NCBI RefSeq assembly: GCF_006345805.1
Contig: NW_021833744.1
Span: 139,040-203,039 of the forward strand
From: Octopus sinensis
Taxonomy: Eukaryota
Length of the DNA stretch: 64,000 bases
Reading direction: 5' to 3'
Shown: one piece after another, positions 26,590 through 38,644 of the stretch
How the letters are laid out: each line of letters begins with the position of its first letter
Position numbering within the stretch: position 1 is the first letter of the stretch
Translations under genes and position numbers: made by a program
The notes under the pieces: generated by a model
Database searches by the model: none
Told to the model about the DNA's origin: nothing
The model's input: the letters and a program-made list of their open reading frames with translations, nothing else

Positions 26590-27490
26590 GTCACGTGATC
26601 CCGATGCACTAAACCAGGGATCTCATCCTCGCTCGGTGGTCTTTCCACGAGCCCACACAAGATCGCACAGGGCGGCAGGCCGTTTTTGGCGGAGAAGTCG
26701 CTGACGGGCCCAGGTTCAGCTTGATGAGGTCTTCCAAAGAGGCTGGACCGGGGCGTTGGCTATCAAGTAACCAACGATCGGTTAATCTGAGGGCCCTTTG
26801 TTGGGCCTCCTCGATTCGCCTCCTGTTGGACCACGATAGCCGCGGACCCCATGATCCGCAAGCGTACGCAACACAGGGTTCGAAGTACTGGCGGTAGATA
26901 TTCGCCAGTACCGGGTGCGACCCGTTTTTCCAAATACCAGATAGAGTTCGCAGAATGTTCAGTTTATGTTCGCATTTGCGAAGGAGGTTGTCCACATGAG
27001 GGGAAAACAGAGGTGCATGTCGAGGGTTACCCCTAGGACCGTGACTCCTGTAGAAGGGAACGGATAAATTGTTCAGCTTTAAGTCGACAGACGTCCTTCC
27101 CAATCTTTTATCCGAGGTGAAGAGGGACGTGGCGGACTTCGCCGCGTTTACCACGAGCCGGTTGTCCGTCAGCCATAGGTTCAGCCGATCCAAGTTAGCT
27201 TGGAGCCTTTCAGAGGCCTTCTGGATGTCCCGGTCCCGTGAGGCTAGTACGATGTCGTCCGCGTATGAGAGAACAATGTCATTGTTGTCGAGGGAGCGAG
27301 GGAGGTCTTCCAAAAATAGGTTGAAGAGGGCCGGGGATAAGGGGGATCCCTGAGGTACTCCGTTGGGTAGAAGACGAGATTTGGACTTCAGACCACCGAG
27401 GCACACCCTTCCCCTTCGTCCACTTAGGAAGTTGGTAATCCATATTTTTAGCTTCAGAGGAAAATCGGATTGGAATATCTTAATTGATTG
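26590..27490 (-). mobile_element. 5'-truncated Vingi/Ingi-like LINE (family A), RT C-terminal half
   Basis: WITNFLSGRRG, GVPQGSPLSPALFNLFLEDLP, LSYADDIVL. It ends with ATCGGGATCACGTGA, homologous to the GTCGGAATCACCTGA end of the 29885 copy. Confidence 0.85.
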
Positions 27491-27703
27491 AAGTTAGCTC
27501 TAAAAATGTGGATTATTGAAAAGATATAAATAGGAACAAAGAATTATGAAAATAAGTTGAAACCGTATTGCGATAAAAAATCACCTTTTAAACAGAGTCG
27601 TAGTAATTTATAACTCCGGAATGGGTAGGACACACACTATTATTTTAAGTGAAGAGTTAATTTTTAATTAATTGTAGGTAGGGCCGAAGAATTGTCTTCA
27701 ATA

Positions 27704-27895
27704 TTTTTTTTCTTGTGTGCTATGTCCCAGACGCTCTAGTTCTGCTGTGAGTCTTCACTGATGACGCCGTCACTCGTCAAGCCTTTTAGCATCGTAGATG
27801 CATGGAACCTTCCGCCAGATGGACAATGGCCAAACTCAAACGCAAGACCTAGGTCACTATAGCTCAAGAACTAGCCACTGTACCACCAGATTGCG
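27704..27895 (-). mobile_element. Possible tRNA-derived SINE or tRNA pseudogene
   Basis: A-box-like TGGTACAGTGG (27875-27885), degenerate B-box GTTTGAGTTT (27832-27841) at tRNA-like spacing, and an A-rich tail at 27704-27714. It does not fold as an intact tRNA. Single copy in the window. Confidence 0.35.
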
Positions 27896-29109
27896 ATAAA
27901 TAGAAAAATCTCAAAACAAATGGAATTAAAGAAACAAAGAAACTAAAATTCCTTATTGAAGGTGATGAGATAGTATTGTCACTTCTGAGGCTACGTGAGT
28001 TGAGGCTAATAATCTCTTCCGATAATTAAACTTTTTAGAGTGTTCAGTATAAAATACGGGTATATTTGTTTCCGTACGATCCAACCATCTTTTTCAAGTT
28101 TTTAGATTTTCAGAAAGGATCTGTTATATGTGTTTGGAGCTTAATAATCTTCAGTTTCTTGTTGGTTATTGAAACCGGAATTAGTAACTAATATTATTTG
28201 AATCACGAAAATACAAAATAAGATATTTTTTACAACTTCTATTTATTAATTAAAAAATTAGGCATTCATTACTCTAATTTTAAAAGTTTCCTAAGATGAA
28301 TTATTCGGTTTGTATGAGCGTAAAATGTAGCCAATGTTTCGTTTACAGCCTAATGATAATATTAAAGTGAAAGCCTCAGAATGTCTTTTGTAATTATCTT
28401 GATTGCGATTAACTTCTTTCTGTTGTTTCAGAGCTTCAAAAATTTGTTTATTTTTTTCATTTTTTTTCTACAGTAAAAATGGAAAAAAAACTTTAGCCTT
28501 CTGTTTTTGATCACATCTGAGTATCCATTTCTTAAATAATTTAGTTAGCTGATATTGAAGAACAATAGAATATGTTTTTTTCTGTTAAAAATTAAACATA
28601 AATAATACCAATCGGATATAGTGGATAAGAGACCTTTTAATAATTTTTGACGCTCTTTTCTGACGGAAAACCTCAATTGAAAACTTTTAAAAATATTATT
28701 TAAAAAAACTCTTTGTTTTTTAGCACTTGCAAATTCACGGAAGTATTTCTGAATTTTTATTGCTGCGTAATTTTCACGTCTATTTTGAAATTCTTTCTAT
28801 ATTAAAAATATAGTGAGCTAAGTTACATAGCTAATGAAATTTGACTTTGGTTCGTTTGGTAACTCAATTTCTGTGTTTTCACTTAATTTAATAATTTAAA
28901 AGTTTTTAGTTTTATATAATTTTAAATACCTGCTTATGGACGTTTCACTTTTGCTTCTATTTTCAATATTACTCCTAATTTGATTTAACTATAACAGTTT
29001 ACCTTTTTAAATAAATCTCTTTAGGTTTTAAATTTAAAAGACTTTCTAAAAAATTGTAAAGAGAACGTATTTGTTTGAGTAGAAAAATTTCTCTTTTTTG
29101 AAGGATTAT

Positions 29110-29667
29110 GATTTTGCCTTGTTCACATCCATACAAACGTATAGGGCGGCCTTTTTTTACAAAATGCATTGTTACAGTATTTCTTTTGATTAATATTTCG
29201 AATTATTTTCAAGGCATTCTCCTAATGATTTTGCGTTTAAATTAAAAATAAAAACAAATTTATCTAACAATAAATACTTTGAGATTTAATTTAATTTGAT
29301 TTTCATATTCAAGCTTTTCTATCAGAATTAGTAAAAAAATTGTAAAAACACCAATTTTTTCTTCTAAATGTTTTACTTTCTTATTACTTAACGTAAGTTC
29401 ATTTTGTGCACAAATTTTTGATTTTTCAGATTCATTTTTGTTTTGTTTCAAGTTTTTAAATTCAATTTGAATGTTGGCAAGTTGATTCAATAACAGATTT
29501 TCTGCTGATGTAGAGCTATACAATTATTTTATTGCAATAAACCTTGTTTTTTTATCGAACTGTGTAGCAATACTAACCACTTCTTTCAATCTTTCACATT
29601 CATTGTAATAAATGTCAATTTGCAACAACAACTCCTTTATGATAGTACTTTTTGTATCTGAATCCAT
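29110..29667 (-). CDS. AT-rich coiled-coil protein with a Cys cluster (weakly MYND-like), probably continues leftwards
   Basis: MDSDTKSTIIKELL... can be spliced through GT-AG introns into the 29260-29523 frame and then to NQKKYCNNAFCKKKAALYVC. Confidence 0.45.
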
Positions 29668-32500
29668 ATCTCTAGTTTTATTAGAATTTTATTGAATAGT
29701 ACATATCATTAATATTTAACATAGTTCTACTTTTATGAAATATTGCGCATATAATATTTTTAAGTGAACGTCGATAATTTAAAGAACATAATACGTCAAT
29801 ACATTATAAATTTAATAAGATCATGAACGAAATATTATTATTTAAGCCAAACAAAATCACCGTCTTAACCATTAACTAACGTGTTCAGGTGATTCCGACA
29901 CTTCTCAACAGTCGAGCCATCTTTTCACGATGTTCCGACCGTGACCCCACACACTTTCTGTATGTACGGTGAATGGTTTGTGGTCCATCTCCACGATCCC
30001 CCCCATTTGCCTCTACGAGAGACTCCAGTGTTCTATGGACAATTTCCCTATCGGTATGGTCCTTCAGTAGTTTGATAGATCTTTCTTGAATTTTTTCGAT
30101 TTTTAGCCGGTTCGTTGCCGCCAGGTTACAGCCCCAAGCAGCACATGCATAGCCTATTGTTGGCTCGATATACTGCTTGTAAAGGGTCTCTACCCCTGGC
30201 GGATAAGTTCTCCCACAGTTCCAAAGGAAGGCTTTCACAAAATTGATCTTCTTTATACAGGTTGACACGATCGATTCAACGTGAGGTGAAAAACAGAGGA
30301 AAGTATCAAACGTTACTCTCAATATCTTCTGTGTTTTCTTTTGTGGTATTGGGATTCCATTCAGCGTGACATCAATAGTTTTCGTCCCCATCTTCCTATT
30401 TTTCGTGAATAGGGTGACTGCTGACATTTCGGAACATGCATGTAGTCTGTTTTCATATAGCCATCCATATAAGTCGTCCAGTATTCTTTGTAGTCTTTCC
30501 TTCGCGTATTCGACATTTACATCCCTAGATGCGACAACTATGTCATCGGCATAGGAGAGTAGTATGTCATTATTATCCATAGGAACCGGGAGATCATTCA
30601 GAAACAAGTTGAAGAGGGTCGGGGATAAAGGAGAACCTGGGGTACACCATTGGGCAATAAGGGTGATCTTGAACTCTCGTTCCCGACGCACACTTTCCCA
30701 CGACGTCCGCTCAAAAAATTCGCTATCCATAGCTTCATAGGTGTACAAATTTGTGTACCAAATATCTTTTGAATTGGGATCTTCCTTGGGACGGAGTCAA
30801 ACGCTTTTTCAATGTCGATAGTGCATACAATTGATTTCTCCTGCAATTTCTTCTTTTTGTGTCCTTCATTTATGAAATCTGTTAGTGTGGTGAGGAAGGA
30901 GGTCGTTGACAATCCTTCCTTGAATCCATGTTGGAAAGTAGATTGTGGAGGAAAGGGCGAATATGTTTTAGGACCAGTTTTTCCAAGATTCTTGACAACA
31001 CACATATAAGGGATATTGTCTATAGGAGCCGGGGTCGTTTTTCGGTCTTCCAGGTTTTAATATTGGCCGGATTTTTGATAGTTTCCATAAGTTCGGTATA
31101 GAGTTCGTGAATAATGAAGTGATAGATCGTGGTTAAAGCAGTTTATTGAAACTGGGCCCAAGTGTTTTAGTAGAATAAGTGGAATTCCATCAGGTCCACA
31201 TGAGTTTGTTTTCTTCTGATTCGAGATTGTTTCAGACACCTCTTCAGGAAGAAAATAAGTCGTCGGGGCCTTTTGGGTGGCTTTGATTTTAATTGGCTGT
31301 GAGTTCATTTTTTATAAGGAATATGACTAATCTTGACACAGTGTTTCATAAAATTGTTTAGATTGAGCTGGTATGTTTTTTTACGCTCGTCAGAATTCTT
31401 TAAGCGTCTCAACATCGTCCACATGGCCGAAATAGAGGCTTGTTTATTCATAGCTCTAGAGATTCGGCTGAGCTTCTTCCTTTGGACTTGGTTGGTATTA
31501 TTCGTAATAAGCATGTTTAGAGCCCTGATTCGATCGATGATTCCTTTGGGTCGATACTTTCTTTTCTTGAGGCTGATTCTTTCTCTAATTAGTTTTTTTC
31601 GTTCTTGAATCATATTTTGAGCTCCCACTTCTTATACATGCTCTTCTGATAATCAAATTTCTTGCATCTATGATAGTTTGTTGAAGCTTTCCACTGCCCT
31701 GTCCAAGGAAGGAAAATTCTTAGGGTGAAAGTTCTGGAGTCTTGAATCGACGTAATTTGCGAAAGCATTCCAATCTGCGTTTCGTAATCATAGAAATAAG
31801 TTGGTTTCAGTATGAGATGTGGAGAACAGTTCATTCTCATTATCATTGAGTGGTGGTCACTTCGGAGATCATAGCCGACTGACCACTTGATGATAGGGGA
31901 AAGCCGAGGCGAGCAGATTGATAGATCTGGCGATGTCCTCGTGTCCTTTGAGTTGTAGGGTGTTCGAATGTTCTTTTTCGGGTTGTTAAGGATTATTAAC
32001 TTCTGCAATTGCGATATCAAAAGGTTTCCTCTGGCATCGGCAGTCTGATATCGGAACCAAGCGGGATGCTTCACGTTCAGGTCTCCGCATAAGAGTAAGT
32101 TATCCAATTTATCAAGGCTTGACAGGTCAAAACGATAGCCCTTCTTGCATGAACCTGGGGGAGGTACGTAGACATTGGCGATTTCAAGTCTTCCGTAGAA
32201 GGTCATAAGTGAGATTCCAATTATTTCGGTGTTGGAGTCCTTCCTTAGGCTTGTATACGGTAAGGGATTCTCGAAATATTTTATTCCTCTTTTTATAAGG
32301 GTCAGTAGACCCCCTCCATGCTCCGACTCGCGGTCACATCGTAGTGCATCATATCCAGCAAAAAGAGGAGTAGGGATCCGTTTCGAAAGTTTCGTCTCTT
32401 GGAGAAGACAGACATCTATTCGGTTCTCCTCCAAAAAACTGGCAAGTTCCGCCGTCTTTCCTCGAATCCCGTCAATATTTAGGCATTGTATTGTTAGCTT

Positions 32501-32545
32501 TGGGCCGGGATTCTGTTCCACGTCACCTGAGGTCAACAGCAACAA
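32501..32545 (-). other. 2A-like ribosomal skipping (StopGo) peptide
   Basis: RLLLLTSGDVEQNPG/P is an exact D-V-E-x-N-P-G-P consensus (DVEQNPGP at 32501-32524), directly before the endonuclease. Confidence 0.9.
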
Positions 32546-32611
32546 TCGATAGTAAGTGCCAACGTTGAGAAGATGCCGTCCAAGGGTAAGTCCTCTGGTT
32601 GGCGGGGAGCA

Positions 32612-32681
32612 AATGGTTCTCTTTAGATACCGTTTAGGACTGTATCCGGCGCCACCAGAAAAGGTGAACCACATGACGCGC
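32612..32681 (-). ncRNA. Putative decayed HDV-like self-cleaving ribozyme at the LINE 5' end
   Basis: Nested helices in HDV order: P2 GUGGUUC/GAACCAU, P3 ACC/GGU, P1 GCGUC/GGCGC, GG, P4 AUAC/GUAU, then CUAA. P1 has only 5 pairs, L3 is 6 nt and J4/2 is too long. Confidence 0.4.
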
Positions 32682-32697
32682 GGTATATACATTAAAT

Positions 32698-34837
32698 CAG
32701 GGCTGGCTAACCCAAGGGCCGCGGGCCGCATGCGGCCCGCGATGGAGTTTGGTGCGGCCCGCGAGAGAAATTTTGTATGTAGTTAACCTATAAATACATT
32801 CAAGATAAATTTTTCTTAAGTTTAATAAATAAAGATAAATTTTATAAGTTTAATAAATTTTAAAGTTTATCTATTTTTGTAGCTGTTATCAATATGAAGA
32901 AAGGAAAATTTTTGAAGAAAACAGGCAATTCAGCAATCATTGGGAAGAAGATTACTTTTTTATAATGCATAATTCCAAGCCAACATGTTTAATTTGCAAG
33001 GAGAAAGTATCGGTGGTGAAAGAGTACAATGTAAGAAGACATTATGAAACAAAGCATTCGAATACGCGAAATTTAGTAAGGAATTGAAAACAAGGAAACT
33101 GGATTCGCTTAAATCTGAATTGAGAAATCAGCAAAGACTATTAAATTCATCGATACACTCTTCTTCTGATACTGTTAAAGCAAGCTACTCTGTTGCAATG
33201 ATAATTTCAAAGAGAATGAAATCATTTTCGGATGGAGAATTCGTAAAAGAGTGTTTGGATGCTGTCGTGAAAGACATTTTGCCAGATAAAACTAAAAAGT
33301 TTTCAAACATTAGCTTGTCACGTCAAACCATATGTCGCAGGGTTAATGACATTTCAAATGAAATTGTGGTGACTTTGCGTGATCAAATAAAATATTTCAA
33401 AAGTTATTCTTTGGCCTTTGACGAATGCACGGATATATCAGACACGTCTCAACTGTAGTATATATTCGTGGAGTTACCGAATCTTTTCAAGTGAAACAAG
33501 AAATGCTTAACCTTGTCAGTTTGAAAGATACTACAAAGGGCGAAGATATTTTCCAAGCTGTTATGAAATGTTTATCCGACAATGGAGCGAATTTAGAGAC
33601 CCTTGCTGGATTGACAACAGATGGGGCGCCGGCTATGATTGGAAGAAATAAAGGAGTTGTAAAGCTAATAATGGATGAGATGGAGTCAAGAAGCATAAAA
33701 AATGATTTATTTGTAATACACTGCTTGATACATCAACACAATTTGTGCGCGCAAGTGTTGTCTATGAACCATGTTATGAGTGTGGTTGTAAGAACTATAA
33801 ACTTCATTCGTTCTCATGCACTTCAACATCGCCAGTTTAAAGAATTATTGAACGAGTTATATTCTCACTATGGTGATCTTGTGTATTTTTCCAATGTCAG
33901 ATGGCTGAGTCGCGGAAAATGTTTAAAACGTTTTTTCGACTTGAGAGAAGAAATCAAAAGTTTTATGATGCATAAGAAAATGACATTAACTGAATTAAAT
34001 GATGAAGAATGGATGCTAGATCTGTGCTTTTTGGTAGATATAACCGAAAAAATTAATCAATTAAACAAGGAGTTACAAGGACAGGATAATTTGATTACTA
34101 ATGCATGCCATCAAGTCAAAGCATTTCGAATGAAATTGTCATTGTTTGAATGTCAAATAAGAAATGGAAATGATCAACATTTTCCAACGCTAAATCAATT
34201 TAAAATCAGCCATTGTAAAAATTTCTTCAAGTACGCTGATGAAATAAAAAATCTTGCTGCAGCATTTGACAGTCGATTCTCGGAACTAAAAAAATATGAG
34301 AAAATGTTTGAAACATTTTCTTCTCCATTTCATGTTGACGTTTCTATTGTTTCAGATACTTTGCAGACGGAAATAATTGACCTACAGTGCAACAGTGAAC
34401 TAAGACTTGTTTATCCTACTATATCCAAAATTGACTTTTATAACAAATATGTGACTGCAGAAAAATATCCCAACTTAAGAATTTTTGCACAAAGAGTTGT
34501 AAGCTCCTTTGGATCTACTTACGTATGTGAATCATTCTTTTCGAAATTAAAGTTTAGTAAAAGTAGATATAGATCTTCTTTAACAGATAAAAACTTAGAA
34601 AACCAATTAAGATGTGCAACTAGTAATTGTGAAGTTGATTTGAAAAAATTAAGTGAAGATAAAGAAAAACAGATTTCTCATTGATACGTATAATTGGACT
34701 GAATGCTATTTTACTAAATAAAATCTTATCTGTGTTGTTTTGATATCAATCCTTAGTATGTACATGTATATGCGGCCCGCGGAAAGGATTCATTTGGACA
34801 AAGTGGCCCGCAATGCGATTTGGGTTGGCCAGGCCTG
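32698..34837 (+). mobile_element. hAT DNA transposon (SPIN/GTF2IRD2/Buster-like) with frameshifted transposase
   Basis: TIRs CAGGGCTGGCTAACCC and CAGGCCTGGCCAACCC (reverse complement). Perfect 8-bp TSD CATTAAAT (32690-32697, 34838-34845). GCGGCCCGC subterminal repeats. Transposase motifs CLICKE...RRHYETKH, LAFDECTD, TTDGAPAM, HCLIH, VRWLSRG, FGSTYVCE, with a 1-nt frameshift near 33456 and another near 33060. Confidence 0.95.
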
Positions 34838-36992
34838 CATTAAATGTTAAATTTTATAATTTTTCAATTTTTCAGAATCAATATTTTTTCAAAACGTTAA
34901 ATTTTATAAAATTTATTATTACGCTATAAAAATAAAAATTACAAATTTTAAGTTCATTTTAATTAGCTTCAAGAATCCTCAACATGAGTCTTTTAAAACA
35001 TAAATCTCATTGCACTTTTAAACAATTTTTCTGAAATTTTTGAATTCGCTAGATTTACAACTTTGTTAGCATGAAAACATCTCATTTGAGGCACTGCAGA
35101 CTTTTTTTTCACTTTGAAGGGTCACATATAAATCGTACTTATTTAAATAATTAATTCGTTTATTTATAGGGTTATCCGAGCTTGGTCTATTTTATCTCAT
35201 TGCACATGGAATGACATGCTTTTTTTACTTGTGCAGCCCTTGTTTGTTTTTGAAAAAGTCATACTTCCTTCTTTTTTCCACTTCCACGACTTGCAATCGA
35301 TCTAGATCTGTGATGCCTACCCCAACGGCAAAATTCTCCCCGATGATTTTATCGTAGACTACAATATCGGGTTTGTTGTGCTGGACAAAAATTAAGGTAC
35401 GTTATGTAGTATTAACCTTAATAGACACCCATTGTTGCAGAGTAAATGATAAAAGGACATTACCATCTCGTTATGTCTCCATGTGGAAGTACGGAAAAGC
35501 ATACTCCTGCATTTTTTTGCCTAAATGGTCAACGTTCATCACTTTACTTTTACAGTAGTTACGCTGTTTTTGTTAACTATTAAAAACGTTTCTATTTGAA
35601 AATATGAGAATAGCTTTTCTGATTGGGAGAGTTATTCCCATATGCCAACAAGAACAGTATGTCAATATTAGGCTTGTCTGAGATCGAGATATGCATAACG
35701 CACTATAACAAATGTCGTACATCTTATTGAGTAGATCAAGCCAACGTAGTCGTAGAGTTGCGTACTCATTCAAGGCCTGCTCTCCAGCTCCTTGGCAATT
35801 CCTTAGATACCTAACTGGTTAAAAAAATTGTTCTGATTCTCGAAAAAACGTTAATTTATAAATATTTGGGACAAGTTACATTCTCGACATTTGAAGCTTT
35901 TCTTGGAAAACAGCATTCGTAATATGTCACGGTCGGTACGTGAGCCTGGGCGACAGGAGTGGATCGACTCTAACCAAATCAAGCCAAACTGAAAATATAG
36001 ACTATTTATCAAAAAAGAAAAACATTTTCTTTTTATATTCCGAGTTTCTATACAAAAGTATAAGATAATAATGCAAAAGTGGACGATTAGGCCAAATAAA
36101 AGAAATGATTAATTGTTAATTAGCTATCATTCAAGCAAGGATGAGCAAGGAGGGAAATGTATATTTTAAACTCGGAAAATTTTTCATTTATTCAAAATAT
36201 TCCAAATTATTGAGATATTAAATTTATTCAAATTTTAAATCATTAAAAAATGAATTCATAAACAATACCAAACAACAGCAATAACAAGACTAATCACCAA
36301 ACTTTAAAATTCAGTAGTGTAAATCTTAATTGTAAAAAGAACTCATTGATCATCAATTCTGTTTTGGTAAAGACTTTATTCCTCGTCAAAAATTGGAGTT
36401 CTCGTTTCGAAAAAGAGGAACGATCTACGGGAAACCTCTTAACTTTACCAGATCTCTTTATTGAAAATAATTTTTTTAATTAAAAACAAGAAATGGTACG
36501 ATAAAATGATAAATCATTTTTAAAGTATATGCAAGTAAAAAGGAAGGAAACTGAAAGTAAAATAAAAATTTTAAAAATCAACATTATACTTTAAATGTCG
36601 CCAAAAAAGAAGATACTCTTGGAACAGAGAAGTAATCTAATGCGTAGTCAATGACTTTTAATTAATTCATATATATGTTCTGTATTTAAATATTTATGAA
36701 TTGGAATGATTTTTAATAGTTTTATTTATTTTAATTTTTTTGACAAGATGGAAATTGACATAAATAGGATTTCTGATAGTGTTTATGGCCTTATTCCTAA
36801 TTAAGAAAATTTAAATCTAAATTATTCATGTAATTTATATCCGTAATTTGCGTAAAACAGAATAAATATATAGGGAAAATCGCTTAAGAGTTAAAGATTA
36901 ACATGTAGATTATAGCTTACTTATCGTTATTATTTTATGTTACTAAATGTAACATCTTTTTCAAATATTTATGCTTTATATTAATAGAAAAC

Positions 36993-38050
36993 ATGTCCGT
37001 GGGCGTTTCTACCAAGAGCGATATTAAAGTTAATTTGAAACAAAATCAGAGCATTCAATCTGAAAATTCTTTGTCACCTGACAGCGAAAAGTTTCCTTAT
37101 GCTGAATATTCAAATTCCGTCTTTAATTTCCATTCTTTCTACAGCTTTTTCCAGCCAACACCTTTTCTTGGATATTATGAGTTCCCTCAGTTTTATTCTA
37201 TTCCGCAAGTGGGATTTTCTGATATTCAAGGACAATACGAATTTTATAGGACGTGCTGGAAAAGTCAAGCTAAGTATTTTTTATAACAATAATACTTGAG
37301 TAGCACATCGTACATTTGGCAGAATTTATTTCAAAAATTTTTTTCTCAATATCTGATACATCAAAACAGCATATGGGCCTTAATTCCTGTTACAGAACAT
37401 CCTATCGGAAATATTAAGTCATTTACTGATAGTGCCAAAGTACGATTTTGTTGCAAAGTAGGCTTTTAATCCTCTTATAAATTATAGTCGTGCAACCATG
37501 GCTGGACATCAATGAAGGGCAGAGTTTGTTTCTGGTTTTACTTGGAGAGAGAAAACTTTGCTGGCGTAGTCTACTTTAAATTATATGGCCAGCAATGCAT
37601 CAAATGTGTTAAAGGGGCTTTTCAGAATCCAATGTGGTACCCGGAAGAAATCATAAAAGTATTGACTATTCAAGCATTAATTACTTCTTTTAATTAATGT
37701 AACATATTTAGGTGTTAGGGAATATTTATAATCGAGTTGGACAGGAATATTATGGATTTCAAAGTGTTTCAATGAGAATCGATCGTCGTGTAGGAAAACC
37801 CAAAAATCCTCACAACCGTCTATTATGTCAAGCATGTCTTGATGGAATATGTAAAGAATGGAATTCGAGAAATAATCATAAAGAATCTTCTAACACAAAT
37901 GAAGATTCCGATAATTCTAAGGATATAGAAGAAAATGACAAGAAAGAAAATAAAACCGAAGAAAGTTCTATAAATATTAAAAATGAAAATAATTCGACAT
38001 TAGGTGAATCTGAAACTAACATTGAGAATAAAAAAGCAAGCAATACATAA
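36993..38050 (+). CDS. 3CxxC-type zinc-binding protein (RTP-like)
   Basis: SAKVRFCC..CRATWTSMKGRVCFW, FKLYGQQCIKC, MWYPEEIIKV, NIYNRVGQEYYGF, HNRLLCQACLDGIC, followed by an acidic tail with no TM helix. Confidence 0.8.
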
Positions 38051-38644
38051 ACCTAATTAACATTCTTTAATTATATTAAACTTTCCTTCAACTAATTAAT
38101 TTATTCATATTTATTAATTTAAAATGAGGAATGAATTTAATGATCTTCATTTCTTTTTGCATGTTTTCTTTTAGAGCTACTCTCTATTCTCCAACAGCTT
38201 CCCCCTCTCCAACTGTTACTTGAGTTGACATTCTTCCTACCAACTTCTTGAGTTCAAATTATTGTCTTTATAGTATTTTTTTAAAATCGTCATTCTCCGG
38301 TCGTAAATCACTGACCTCAATCTGTTAGCAGCCATCCTTGTTAGTCGATTTATTTCTGTATTTAACTCGCATGCTTTTCAGAGTTTTTCTTATCATAGTA
38401 CTCAGAATACATGCCTTAATTGTCTACCTTGAGAGAATTTTGATGATGTTAGTAAAACTTGCTGGCAATATCGTTCCAAGTTAACATTAAACGCACTATA
38501 CCCACCTCGGTATTGTGTATCATTGCTAGTTCATCAGCAAGAAGTTCTATCTGTGCGTCCTCTCTATTTCCATTTGTTTCAGTAATTACTGAGAAGTTAT
38601 CGATTACCATGGTTTTTCTCTCCAACTTATCTAATAAAGATATA

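Larger units (their letters stand above)
29885..32685 (-). mobile_element. Near full-length (about 2.8 kb) Vingi/Ingi-like LINE: 2A + APE endonuclease + RT, no ORF1 or RNase H seen, frameshifted
   Basis: APE motifs (CLNIDG, LLQETK, YVPP, GDLN, PDL, SDH) at 31610-32500. RT motifs (GPDGIP, QHGFK, DIEKAFDSV, NGVPQ, SYADD) in broken ORFs 29885-31308. Confidence 0.9.

Noticed and set aside
27758-27790. CTGATGA hammerhead-like core
   Set aside because: There is no GAAA after stem II and no closing stems I and III.
31610-32731. Domesticated hAT-LINE fusion gene starting at the ATG in the hAT end
   Set aside because: Only 13 codons come from hAT/TSD sequence and the downstream RT is broken by several frameshifts. 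Most likely coincidental.
35943-35956. AGCCTGGGCGACAG resembling an Alu or 7SL RNA end
   Set aside because: Only 14 nt match, with no SRP Alu or S-domain motifs nearby. Chance.
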